A DNA stretch of 64,000 bases from Candidatus Altiarchaeota archaeon. Lineage in GTDB: Archaea; Altiarchaeota; Altiarchaeia; IMC4; SCGC-AAA252-I15. The stretch spans positions 32,001-96,000 of the forward strand of contig JBDRLL010000036.1 in NCBI GenBank assembly GCA_043813075.1, in the 5' to 3' direction. The notes under the pieces were generated by a model. It searched no databases and was not told the DNA's origin. It saw only the letters and a program-made list of their open reading frames with translations. Below are positions 1-8,964 of the stretch, piece after piece; the stretch's first letter is position 1, and each line of letters begins with the position of its first letter. Both the position numbers and the translations under genes were made by a program.

Positions 1-948
1 TGAATTCCTGGATGACTCGTTCACAAACCTCCGGATTATCCGATAGCATAGTTCAGCCCCCGGGGAACCGTCAGCGTAATACTCCCTCTGGCGCAGGTCA
101 TAGTCCCTCAAGTCCATTATCGAATAGATGCTTGACACGAGCTTAGAGTAGTAGAGGGGGTTGGTTGCTGAATAGTCTCGCGGGTCATAATAGTGCTCGT
201 GCCTTGAGAGGGGATGCGAATCGAAATCCATGATAACCGCAGGTATCTTACGGTAGTCGATTGTCGGATGGTTAACCAGGTCGAGGCCTTCCCCGGAGAA
301 TAGGAATCGCGGTTTTGAGAAAGGCATCCTGGAGTTCCGGTAGTAGAATATGCGGAATATGTTCTCATTGCGCATGCAGTTCTCGGGCTGAAAGCCGATT
401 ATCACAACATCCAATGAGTAGTTGGAGCCGCGGTACACCCACATCAGATAGGACTGGTCTATCCCATACCCCCCGACAGCAAAATTCAATGCCTCCACGT
501 GGGGGAGACTGTCTTCCAGATGGCTTCCGATGGACTGCCCGTAGGGGACTTCAGCACCGTAAATGAAAGAGTCGCCGAACAGGCCGACGCGCAGTGTATT
601 GTTGGTTTTGTTGAAGCTGAATTCGCGGGGGCTTCGTATTCCAGCGGAATTGGACTCGTAGAGCCCATCACTGGCGTTGACATTACCCCTGATAGCCCAG
701 CCTAGATGGGGGTCTGACACCATGAGACTGTCATTACGGGACTCATATTCATCTATCAGCGATGTGACCAGCCGGACTGGGAGGGTGTAGGGGCGGAAGC
801 GGGCGTGAAAAGAGTATTCCCCGTCATCGTCCCATGTTCCGATAATGTTGAGGACTAGTTCAGACAGCACGAGGGTTATCATGAGCATGAGCAGGGTCTT
901 CCCGGAGAAGTCCATTATTCTCCTAACGTGCATCCAGGGTTCATTCAT
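1..948 (-). CDS. SGNH/GDSL hydrolase family protein, membrane-anchored; runs off the left edge
   Basis: Read manually, not in ORF track: MNEPWMHVRRIMDFSGKTLLMLMITLVLSELVL...DPHLGW...NSAGIR...RVGLFGDSFIYG...LNFAVGGYGIDQ. GDS block I and G block II are present; frame is open to position 1. Alternative ATG at 915. Confidence 0.85.
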   Translation of the reverse strand, partial: MNEPWMHVRRIMDFSGKTLLMLMITLVLSELVLNIIGTWDDDGEYSFHARFRPYTLPVRLVTSLIDEYESRNDSLMVSDPHLGWAIRGNVNASDGLYESNSAGIRSPREFSFNKTNNTLRVGLFGDSFIYGAEVPYGQSIGSHLEDSLPHVEALNFAVGGYGIDQSYLMWVYRGSNYSLDVVIIGFQPENCMRNENIFRIFYYRNSRMPFSKPRFLFSGEGLDLVNHPTIDYRKIPAVIMDFDSHPLSRHEHYYDPRDYSATNPLYYSKLVSSIYSIMDLRDYDLRQREYYADGSPGAELCYRIIRRFVNESSRNS

Positions 949-988
949 TTTAGATGGATAAAAAGAGGCTTATATTATGTGATGCTTA

Positions 989-3745
989 ATGTCTAATAAA
1001 AGGGTGGTTGAGTTGTGTTGCTCTAATGGTTTTAGGTTGTTTGTTATCGCTTCGATTATTGTGGTGTTGTCGTCAGGCTATTGCCTTGCGAAGATTGATG
1101 AGACTCCGGGATGGGAATCCGGGATGAAGCCTGGCAAGAAGATTCCTGACGCAGGCATTCCCACAGTCGTGACTGAGGCGCCGCCTGAAGGAGACTACCA
1201 TTCGACGGGAGCATTGCAGGACAGCCAGAGAAAGCCGGCGCTCGTCCTGATATTGGATAACGTGGGCAAGGAGGAGTGTGTCGACGGCTCTGGCGGGGGG
1301 GAGGACAGGGTGGCGGAAGCCGCTGCCAGGAGCTGGTTCAACAGCCACCAGGATACGGGATACGACAAGTACGTTCTCATAGAGGATCCTGGGATGAGCG
1401 CTTGCGACGAGAACGCGGACCCGGACTGGCCGACCGGAAACGATAGTCTCGCTAGGTTCGAGATTGCGGAAGAGCTGCAGGATTTGTGCGACGACGGATA
1501 CTTCATGGACATACTGGTCTTCACGCACGGCGGGTATAATGGGGGTGAAGGTTCGATAGGCGTTGTCGGGAGGGATATAGGGCCCAGCACGCTGGTCGGC
1601 TTCTCCGGAGTGAGGGATAAGCTGCCCATACGCATGGTCTACCAGATGAACTGTTTCGGGTCGCTTTTGAACGACAAGTGGGTGGAGTTGGGGGCTCAGA
1701 CAGTAAGCGGAGCCAGGTACGTGAACTTCCTGCCAACCATATATTCGTATGTCTTCGGCCACGGGCAGGAGGGCTGGTTTGAAGGCGACTCTTATTATGA
1801 CTCAGTGTACGACAACATGTATGTGCAGGAGGGTCCTGCGACAGCGAATGCGGTAGCCTTGATATACACGGTCACTGGGATAAAGGATATGATGGGTGAG
1901 GAGCCATTTAACGACTGGATAACACACTATGGGGGTAACATGAATTCGCCCTGCGTTTCTTACGACTCTTGCCCGGAGCTATCCCAGCAGGAGGAGGTTG
2001 ATGTGATATACTGGAGCAGCAAGCCATTGTTTGAAGGGGATTCCGGCATCACCATCAACAGCCCGTTCAGGGGTAGCATGGGAGTTTGCGGGGGCTGTCC
2101 GGGGATATACGACCCAAACGCCAGCAGAAGTGACTTTGACGGGTGTCCAGACGCCTGTGACAACTGCCCTAACGCGGATAACGACGGCCAGGAGGACGCG
2201 GATGGTGACGGCGTCGGGGATGCGTGCGACAATTGCCTGGAGGACAGTAACCCTGGCCAGGAGGACGCGGATGGTGATGATGTGGGAGACGTGTGCGAGC
2301 AGGCTGAACTATCGCTGATTGTGGAATACGACGAGTTCGATGAGGAGGAGTTGAATGACGGCGGGACTAGGCTCGATTGGATTATGACCACAAAGGTTGA
2401 GAACACAGGCTCAAAGGACGTGGAAGCAGGAGTAGTGCTCAAGGCAACATGGACTCAGGGAGTCGTGACTGAGAAGAAAGACGGCTCGGTGGATGATGAG
2501 GCCGAGAAAATCATGGTCTTGAAGAGGCTTAAGAACGGTAATACAGTTCAAATCGCGGTAGCTCCGAGAGGCGAGAAGACGGGCGGCGGTGATGTCGTAA
2601 TGCGGGCGAACGTGTTGAAGCCGCTTGAGAGGGAGGAGAGCATTACCCTCACAAACGGGCTTCCTGAGGGTTCAAGCGTGGAATTCAGCCAGCAGACATT
2701 CACGGTTACCCTTGGCCCGGACGTTGAGTGCGCTGAAGTCATACACACGATAGAGCTGGAGGATACGCCGGAAGTCGATGAGACTGACGAGAACAACAGG
2801 ATGGACTTGGAGGCGTACAATACGATGAAGAACTGCCTCAACACCATGGAGATAAGCCCTGAAGAGATAACGAAAGACGTTGTGGGGCCTTCAATCGCGG
2901 TCGAGCCTGGAGTCTCAAAGGAATGGCTGAAAGACGCTACCGAAGCGGGCATGGACCAGTTGTATGGGATTGTCAGCAAGGTGGGGCCTGAAGGAGGGAT
3001 GGTGGTTTCAGGGGGCCTTGTCCTCGATATACCGGAGGGTGTGCTGGACAGGAAGGTTCCGGTTCAGGTCAGATTGACTCAGGCAAGGAATCTCAAGGGC
3101 ATCACGAGTGTGGGTGACGTGTACAACGTGATGATGCCAGGTAACGTGAAATACTCGGGTAATGTTATCATGACCATCGGGTACGATGAAGAGAGTATCC
3201 CGGAAGGCATTTCGGAGTCCAGTCTTAAGGTACTGCACCACACCAATGGAGTCTGGAATGCGTTGGAGTCAACGGTTAACGAGGCGGGAAACACTGTGAG
3301 CGCGCCAGTCAACAGCTTCTCACTGTTCACTGTCGGCGTGCTGAGTGAAAGGCCCCCAGGACAAGGGAGGATAAGGCCTGAAAACGTGTTGGAGATGAAT
3401 CCAGGCAGGATGAACAGGCCAAGAATCAATGCAAGCATTGGCAAGATGAGTGGGATGAAGCCGAACCTCACTGGAGTCAGGCCCACAATGCCGGAAGGTG
3501 GGGGGGGACGGGTTTTAGGGTCGCAGAACAGGTTTGTGATGGGGAATATTATGGAGGGTGAGAGGTTAGGATCTGTGCAGGAGGTCGAGCACATGAACCG
3601 GAAGGCATTCCTAGTGCAGAAGAGGAGGAGGGTGAGGTTGTTGGGTGTCGTGCCAGTGGACATGGACGTGAAGACCATTGTTGACGCTGAGGATGGGAGG
3701 CAACTCAGGGAGGAGAAGCCTTGGTGGGGTTTCCTGGGGGTCTGA
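989..3745 (+). CDS. Large secreted/surface protein: clan-CD protease-like N-domain, thrombospondin type 3 repeats, CARDB-like and ZU5-like segments, PWW C-terminal domain
   Basis: 918 aa; signal peptide; THGG and QMNC motifs; DADGDGVGDACDNC repeats; VDETDENN; HFS-like NSFSLF; ends EKPWWGFLGV. Confidence 0.75.
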   Translation: MSNKRVVELCCSNGFRLFVIASIIVVLSSGYCLAKIDETPGWESGMKPGKKIPDAGIPTVVTEAPPEGDYHSTGALQDSQRKPALVLILDNVGKEECVDGSGGGEDRVAEAAARSWFNSHQDTGYDKYVLIEDPGMSACDENADPDWPTGNDSLARFEIAEELQDLCDDGYFMDILVFTHGGYNGGEGSIGVVGRDIGPSTLVGFSGVRDKLPIRMVYQMNCFGSLLNDKWVELGAQTVSGARYVNFLPTIYSYVFGHGQEGWFEGDSYYDSVYDNMYVQEGPATANAVALIYTVTGIKDMMGEEPFNDWITHYGGNMNSPCVSYDSCPELSQQEEVDVIYWSSKPLFEGDSGITINSPFRGSMGVCGGCPGIYDPNASRSDFDGCPDACDNCPNADNDGQEDADGDGVGDACDNCLEDSNPGQEDADGDDVGDVCEQAELSLIVEYDEFDEEELNDGGTRLDWIMTTKVENTGSKDVEAGVVLKATWTQGVVTEKKDGSVDDEAEKIMVLKRLKNGNTVQIAVAPRGEKTGGGDVVMRANVLKPLEREESITLTNGLPEGSSVEFSQQTFTVTLGPDVECAEVIHTIELEDTPEVDETDENNRMDLEAYNTMKNCLNTMEISPEEITKDVVGPSIAVEPGVSKEWLKDATEAGMDQLYGIVSKVGPEGGMVVSGGLVLDIPEGVLDRKVPVQVRLTQARNLKGITSVGDVYNVMMPGNVKYSGNVIMTIGYDEESIPEGISESSLKVLHHTNGVWNALESTVNEAGNTVSAPVNSFSLFTVGVLSERPPGQGRIRPENVLEMNPGRMNRPRINASIGKMSGMKPNLTGVRPTMPEGGGGRVLGSQNRFVMGNIMEGERLGSVQEVEHMNRKAFLVQKRRRVRLLGVVPVDMDVKTIVDAEDGRQLREEKPWWGFLGV
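2186..2277 (+). repeat. 23-bp direct repeat, two copies 69 bp apart, encoding TSP3 Ca-binding repeats
   Basis: ggccaggaggacgcggatggtga at 2186-2208 and 2255-2277. Confidence 0.9.
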
Positions 3746-3759
3746 GGATATCCAGTGAG

Positions 3760-4038
3760 TCATTTTTTATTCAGCCCTATTATGAAGTGGTCCAACTGTA
3801 TTCTCATCGACTCGTCCTCGGGGCTGTGGATTATTATCTCAGCCATCTCCGTTACCGCGTCAACCCAGTCGTTTTTTAATGCAGGAGTGTGAGAGTCCAA
3901 CCCTATTTTTATCAGGGATCTTATGGCCTCAGCACGGTTCTTCACACCTTCTTTGTGCATCCAGAGGCCTACCTGGCGTAGTGTTTCATCATCCAGGCGG
4001 ACACCTATGATTGGGGCATAAGACCTATTACGAGACAT
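3760..4038 (-). CDS. Ribbon-helix-helix (CopG/NikR-like) DNA-binding protein
   Basis: IIGVRLDDETL...NRAEAIRSLI; ATG at 4038 preferred over the ORF-track start at 4071. Confidence 0.7.
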   Translation of the reverse strand: MSRNRSYAPIIGVRLDDETLRQVGLWMHKEGVKNRAEAIRSLIKIGLDSHTPALKNDWVDAVTEMAEIIIHSPEDESMRIQLDHFIIGLNKK

Positions 4039-4039
4039 T

Positions 4040-4061
4040 TTATACAACAATTGTTGTATAA
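4040..4061. promoter_or_regulatory. Perfect 22-bp palindrome, putative operator between the divergent RHH gene and msrA
   Basis: ttatacaacaattgttgtataa, immediately upstream of the RHH start and next to a TATA-like element. Confidence 0.65.
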
Positions 4062-4155
4062 TATATAACAACTATGTTTATAAATTGCTGGTTTATTTCA
4101 GGATTTCCACATGGTTACCGGGTTCTTTATATGGAATCAGGCCATATTCTAAACC

Positions 4156-4791
4156 GTGAGAAACAATAGTATTGCCGCATTAACATTAATCTTGAGTATA
4201 CTGGGTTGTATTGGGGGTGATGATGTGGGCAAAAAGACACCAGACTACAGCAGACTAGAAGAGAATCCGGGACTGGAGGTCGCAACATTCGCGGGCGGAT
4301 GCTTCTGGTGCATGGAGGCAGGATTCGAACCACTAGAGGGAGTTGTGGAAGCAGTATCAGGATACACCGGAGGGAGAGACGATGACCCTACATACGACGA
4401 GGTGTCGACAGGCTCTACAGGACACCTAGAGGCCGTGCAGGTATACTACGATCCGGAGAAGATTTCATACAGAGAGTTGGTGGAAGAGTACTGGAAGAAC
4501 ATAGACCCTACAGACGCTGGAGGACAGTTCGCGGATCGCGGCAGCCAGTATGAGACCGCCATATTCTACCATAATGAAGAGCAGAAGAGGATTGCCGATG
4601 AATCAAAGAAGATGCTGCAGGAATCAGGCAAATACGATTCCCCAATAGCCACTAAGGTCATAAAGTTCGAGAGGTTCTACACTGCAGAAGAATACCATCA
4701 GGACTACTATAAGAAGAACAACGTCCACTACAGCGCATACAAAAAAGGCTCCGGTAGAGAGGGATACATAAAAAGGCTCTGGGGCGATTAG
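4156..4791 (+). CDS. msrA: Peptide-methionine (S)-S-oxide reductase MsrA with lipoprotein-like leader
   Basis: AGGCFWCME, GYTGG, GHLEAV, AEEYHQDYY; hydrophobic leader ending LGC. Confidence 0.95.
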   Translation: MRNNSIAALTLILSILGCIGGDDVGKKTPDYSRLEENPGLEVATFAGGCFWCMEAGFEPLEGVVEAVSGYTGGRDDDPTYDEVSTGSTGHLEAVQVYYDPEKISYRELVEEYWKNIDPTDAGGQFADRGSQYETAIFYHNEEQKRIADESKKMLQESGKYDSPIATKVIKFERFYTAEEYHQDYYKKNNVHYSAYKKGSGREGYIKRLWGD

Positions 4792-4794
4792 GCA

Positions 4795-6033
4795 TCAGAG
4801 ATATCCGGCACCATGAATCTTATCCCTTAAACCTGGTTCAAAACGCATCCCACCAAGCATTTCAGGTGTTATGCGCGTCATACGGTAGATTAAACGCCTC
4901 TCACCAGCATCATTGAAGAATGGACTCCAATACTCCCAGACAACCTCACCATCCCGGGTAACCTCGAAAACATGGCCCTTGTTCGTCTCTGAGATAAGCA
5001 CGTTACCGCCTGGCAGAGGCTGCGCAGAACCCCTGGTGCGCGAGAAAAACAGGTTTTTAGGATCCCTAGCATACTCCCAGACAATGCTCTTGTCTGCCGG
5101 ATCGACCTCCAAAACCCTCGAGTAGTTCCTACGCGCACCATTGTCGAAAACCAGTATATTACCTTCCTCTGTCAAAGTAGGCTTGTGCGGCGAGTCAATG
5201 ATTCCAGGCCCCCAAGACCATAAGACCTCCTTGGTTTCCGCATCCAGTATTGCCACCATGTTTATTAGGAGCGAACACACCATTATGTCCCCTTTACCCG
5301 CGACACCTATGTCGCGGTCAAGCACCTCCACAGTGTTTATGTGGAACACGTCGACGAAATCCTCGACTTCCAGGTCAACGTACTCCCTTAGCTTGCTTTC
5401 AGGCACGTATCCGGCAAGCGGCTCCATGAGGGATATTGTGTCGACGAGACTGCCGTTATTATCGAACACTTCAATAACATCAATTCCCGCGTCAATCCTC
5501 TTATCCATAAGGTATGGGTCGGTGAGGTTACCGAATCCTTCTGCGACAGACATGTTGCGGATCACCTTAAAAGAAAGCGCGTAGACCCGCCCACCACCAG
5601 AAGCCCAGACGTCGTGATGATACGGTCCATTCTTCACCCATATTGGGGTTGAGTCAGAGTCTAGTTTCATCAGATTCTTTAGTTCCCCGGGAGCCGGTAC
5701 TGCAAGTAGGTTTCCGTCGCCGTCAAGCATCACATGCTCCCAAACCCCAATGTTGTCTCGCGACCAGGAGTGTACGACTTCACCACCCATATCCATGAGA
5801 TATGCCTCTGAAGTCATGAACGGAGTGAACAGGTTCAATCCCTTTACCGAGAGGTATGGGTTGTATAAGGTCACTCCCGTGTTTACCGGGCTCTGCTCCT
5901 CCTCAACATGATCCACGTAACCGAGACTCTTCAACCGCGTCTCAAGCAGGCTAGGCCCGCCATTACTTGCCTGCTGGTCGGCAGCCAGACAACCGGAGAA
6001 TAGGACTATCAAGACGAAACATACGAGCCTCAT
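4795..6033 (-). CDS. Arylsulfotransferase (ASST) family beta-propeller protein
   Basis: YHHD, FHINTV, PH, VFDNG, SRVLEVDP, GSAQPLPGGNVLI; SGC lipobox-like leader. Confidence 0.8.
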   Translation of the reverse strand: MRLVCFVLIVLFSGCLAADQQASNGGPSLLETRLKSLGYVDHVEEEQSPVNTGVTLYNPYLSVKGLNLFTPFMTSEAYLMDMGGEVVHSWSRDNIGVWEHVMLDGDGNLLAVPAPGELKNLMKLDSDSTPIWVKNGPYHHDVWASGGGRVYALSFKVIRNMSVAEGFGNLTDPYLMDKRIDAGIDVIEVFDNNGSLVDTISLMEPLAGYVPESKLREYVDLEVEDFVDVFHINTVEVLDRDIGVAGKGDIMVCSLLINMVAILDAETKEVLWSWGPGIIDSPHKPTLTEEGNILVFDNGARRNYSRVLEVDPADKSIVWEYARDPKNLFFSRTRGSAQPLPGGNVLISETNKGHVFEVTRDGEVVWEYWSPFFNDAGERRLIYRMTRITPEMLGGMRFEPGLRDKIHGAGYL

Positions 6034-6090
6034 GATGTTAAAAAAAGGCGTTTATGGTTAATTAGGTGAAGTAATGCCGTAGAACGTGGA

Positions 6091-7038
6091 TTGGAGGTAT
6101 CCATTTGGAGACTGCGTCTTATTTATTGCAGTGGCGCTATATGTAGAAACCAAATGGACCGGGTTTTCACGATATTCATTCTCTTGACCGCTATTTTCGG
6201 GGTGGTAATCTACGGCATAGCTTATTTTCAGGAGAGTTCGGCAGATTACGCCAGCCCACCCCAGGAGGAGATACCTTCTCCAACAACAATAAGGGCTACG
6301 ACAACAAGCTCTAGCACCAGCACGTCAACCACGTCCACGACCACAAGCATGCCGACGACATCGACCACAATGCCCAGATACATGCTGGTCGAACACGACA
6401 ATCTAGGGAAATGCAGCAACACCCTAATAGGGAAGATGAACACGTTAAACGTCGAGGTCAACGGGGAGGATATTACCGGCAACTGGGGTGTGAACGCGGG
6501 CCCGAAGTGGATTTACGTGTGCGACGGGAATGAGGTGGAATTCGACAAGTCCATGTTCAAGGGAGGCAGGAACATAGAGGCTTTGGAGAAGGTGGAGGGG
6601 GAATACAGGCTGATGGCAAAATGCGGTAGGAACCAGTTGGTGGATGACCTCAACGACTGCCTGGACCTAAAGGTTTACCTGGACACCGCCTCAGTGAACA
6701 TGACCAGCATAGACGGCACAGGAGTGGAGGAATACGCAGCCACTGATGAGACGATCACCAGCACCACGACAACGCTGGCCGAAAACCCATACCTCGAGAA
6801 GTTCAAGGGCAAAGGCTATCGTAAGGCAGACTTGGACGTAGCGTGGATGTGTCCGACATGCGTTCCGGCAGTGAACAAGGTGTTCATGAACGAGCCTGGA
6901 GTTAAGTCCAAGAGCATCGGATACAGGCAGGATATAAACTATGTGATATACGATCCGGGGATAATAGGGCTTGAGAGGATAATGAGGCTCGCCAACGCGG
7001 GGGGAACCGCGACACTCATCAACGACACAGACATGTAG
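6091..7038 (+). CDS. Membrane-anchored Thr-rich protein with C-terminal HMA-like (MCxxC) domain
   Basis: N-terminal TM, poly-Thr linkers, WMCPTC...PGV...YDP; true start probably MDRV (about 6154). Confidence 0.6.
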   Translation: MEVSIWRLRLIYCSGAICRNQMDRVFTIFILLTAIFGVVIYGIAYFQESSADYASPPQEEIPSPTTIRATTTSSSTSTSTTSTTTSMPTTSTTMPRYMLVEHDNLGKCSNTLIGKMNTLNVEVNGEDITGNWGVNAGPKWIYVCDGNEVEFDKSMFKGGRNIEALEKVEGEYRLMAKCGRNQLVDDLNDCLDLKVYLDTASVNMTSIDGTGVEEYAATDETITSTTTTLAENPYLEKFKGKGYRKADLDVAWMCPTCVPAVNKVFMNEPGVKSKSIGYRQDINYVIYDPGIIGLERIMRLANAGGTATLINDTDM

Positions 7039-7069
7039 GGTAATAAAACAAGGGGTTTAATAGATACTG

Positions 7070-8569
7070 ATGGAACCCCCTGAAGCCAGACACATAGCCG
7101 GGATATACGTACTGCTGATAACCCTAATGGTCGCGTCATTCACCTACCCGCTGATAGCCGGCTCCATGATAACCTTCGACGCTGACGAGGCCAGCAAGGC
7201 GGTCATGGGGCTTGAGTTTGGGAGGGCTATGGAAGAGAGGGATATTGGGGATTTCATCTCAGCGACACAGGCTTCCGGCAGATACCTGTATCCGTTCGTG
7301 TATGCCTGGTGGACTGGATTGTTCTATAACCTCTTCGGTTTTAGCCTCGCAGTCTCGAGACTGACGAGCTGGACCATGCTGTTGTTCTGCGTGCCTGTGA
7401 CATACTGGATCGGCAGCATGATGGATGAAAGGAGGGGGTGGCTCGTAGGATCCGTTTCGGCGACGATGCTCCTAACCTCCCAGAAGATACTCCTTGTGGC
7501 GGGATTGTGCATGATAGAACTAACAGGACTCTTCTTCTCCCTCCTGACCATAGGAGCATACTTCAAGGCATTGAAGACAGGAAATAAAGCATGGTTCATT
7601 GGCGCCGGATTCTCAGCGGCCGTGACATTCTTCACTAAATACAATTTCGGGATGTACGTGATAGCCGCGATACTGTTGACGCAGGCGGCAAGGTATCTGA
7701 TCATATCCAGGAGGGAGGACAGCAGGACATTCTTGGGGGATACACTACTGTTTCTTATCCCCCTGTCCCTCTGCGCGATATGGCTCTACTTCTACTGGAT
7801 GGGTTTGTACAAGTTCCTCACCGCACAGCCGGTTAGGACCACACTATTGAGTTACGACAACATAATCTACTATCCGCGAGTCATATTCACGCAGTACACT
7901 GCATCACCAGTCATCTCGACAGTCATGCTAGTCTGCCTACTGCTTTCACTGAAGAGCCTGAGGAATCCGATGGTATTCTGCCTGACAGCATACTTCATCA
8001 TAGGTGTGGCCGCAATGTTCTTCAAACTGCAGAATGTCGTGCGATTCGTGCTGACCGTCGTTCCTGCGTTATACCTGTTGACAGGGCTTCAGGCGGCGCT
8101 ATTGTGCAGCAACAGGTCATATGGCAGGAAGCCGTTATACGCGATTGCGGTGGTAGTCTTGCTTTCAATCCCTGGGGTCATCGGCACTTTCGAAAGATAT
8201 CCCGGACTGTTGGACATGGAATACGAGGGACGGGCATCATTTTCGGAGATCCATGATTTTGTGGAGCCGCTGATAGCCAGTAACAAGCTGACGACCCTTG
8301 ACTGCGGTTGGGATCAGATGCCGCCAAAGGCTTTCAGATGGTACTGGTCGATAAGGAAGGGGTGGGATGTGAGGAGGATACGGGTGAGGTCCATGTGCAA
8401 GGATCCTCCGGAAGACATAGTGAAAGCGGATAGGCGGAGGGTTCCGGACAGTGAATACTACATAAGATTCAGGAAAACAGGATCCGGGGATAAGACACCG
8501 AGGGGATACGCTGTCATCAAGTCCACTGACATAGACGGGATACAGGTAACGGTTATGGGAAGGCGTTGA
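7070..8569 (+). CDS. ArnT/GT39-like (GT-C) membrane glycosyltransferase
   Basis: TM then DEA, YP loop, SRL, TKY; multi-pass. Confidence 0.75.
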   Translation: MEPPEARHIAGIYVLLITLMVASFTYPLIAGSMITFDADEASKAVMGLEFGRAMEERDIGDFISATQASGRYLYPFVYAWWTGLFYNLFGFSLAVSRLTSWTMLLFCVPVTYWIGSMMDERRGWLVGSVSATMLLTSQKILLVAGLCMIELTGLFFSLLTIGAYFKALKTGNKAWFIGAGFSAAVTFFTKYNFGMYVIAAILLTQAARYLIISRREDSRTFLGDTLLFLIPLSLCAIWLYFYWMGLYKFLTAQPVRTTLLSYDNIIYYPRVIFTQYTASPVISTVMLVCLLLSLKSLRNPMVFCLTAYFIIGVAAMFFKLQNVVRFVLTVVPALYLLTGLQAALLCSNRSYGRKPLYAIAVVVLLSIPGVIGTFERYPGLLDMEYEGRASFSEIHDFVEPLIASNKLTTLDCGWDQMPPKAFRWYWSIRKGWDVRRIRVRSMCKDPPEDIVKADRRRVPDSEYYIRFRKTGSGDKTPRGYAVIKSTDIDGIQVTVMGRR

Positions 8570-8577
8570 AAAAAGGG

Positions 8578-8964
8578 CTAGACCACTTCCCCCAGGCACA
8601 TCCAGTAGCAGCATTCATTTCTAGAACCGCCTTCTCCACTAGGATACCCGTTTATCTGACACCATAAGGAGATGTAGTTGGAACACGACATGTTGGAGGG
8701 TAGATCATCCTCAGCAGCATAATGCAGGTATGGCTCATCCATGGACACCCCAGCGCAAACGTGATCGTATTCCGAGAGGGTGGTTGAAGTCGGCGTGGGA
8801 GGTGTAACAACAACTGTTGAAGTGGTGGTGGATGCGGTTGCTGGGGAGGTGACGCTGGTTGACGTTGAGGATCCTATCGTGCTTGACGGAGTTTTAATGT
8901 TCTCCTGTAGGGGATCCAAGCACCCGCACATCATTACCAGCATTATTAGGATGATCTCCCTCAT
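8578..8964 (-). CDS. Small Thr-rich, Cys-rich putative lipoprotein
   Basis: MMCGC leader, Thr/Ser stalk, six-Cys C-terminal domain. Confidence 0.6.
   Translation of the reverse strand: MREIILIMLVMMCGCLDPLQENIKTPSSTIGSSTSTSVTSPATASTTTSTVVVTPPTPTSTTLSEYDHVCAGVSMDEPYLHYAAEDDLPSNMSCSNYISLWCQINGYPSGEGGSRNECCYWMCLGEVV

Noticed and set aside
117-705. Four short ORFs at the left edge
   Set aside because: They are alternative frames of the edge-truncated SGNH hydrolase gene (1-948, minus strand).
4306-4336. tRNA-like 3' end on the minus strand (GGTTCGAATCC...CACCA)
   Set aside because: The T-stem pairs at only 2 of 5 positions, there is no cloverleaf, and it lies antisense to the conserved WCMEAGFE codons of msrA.
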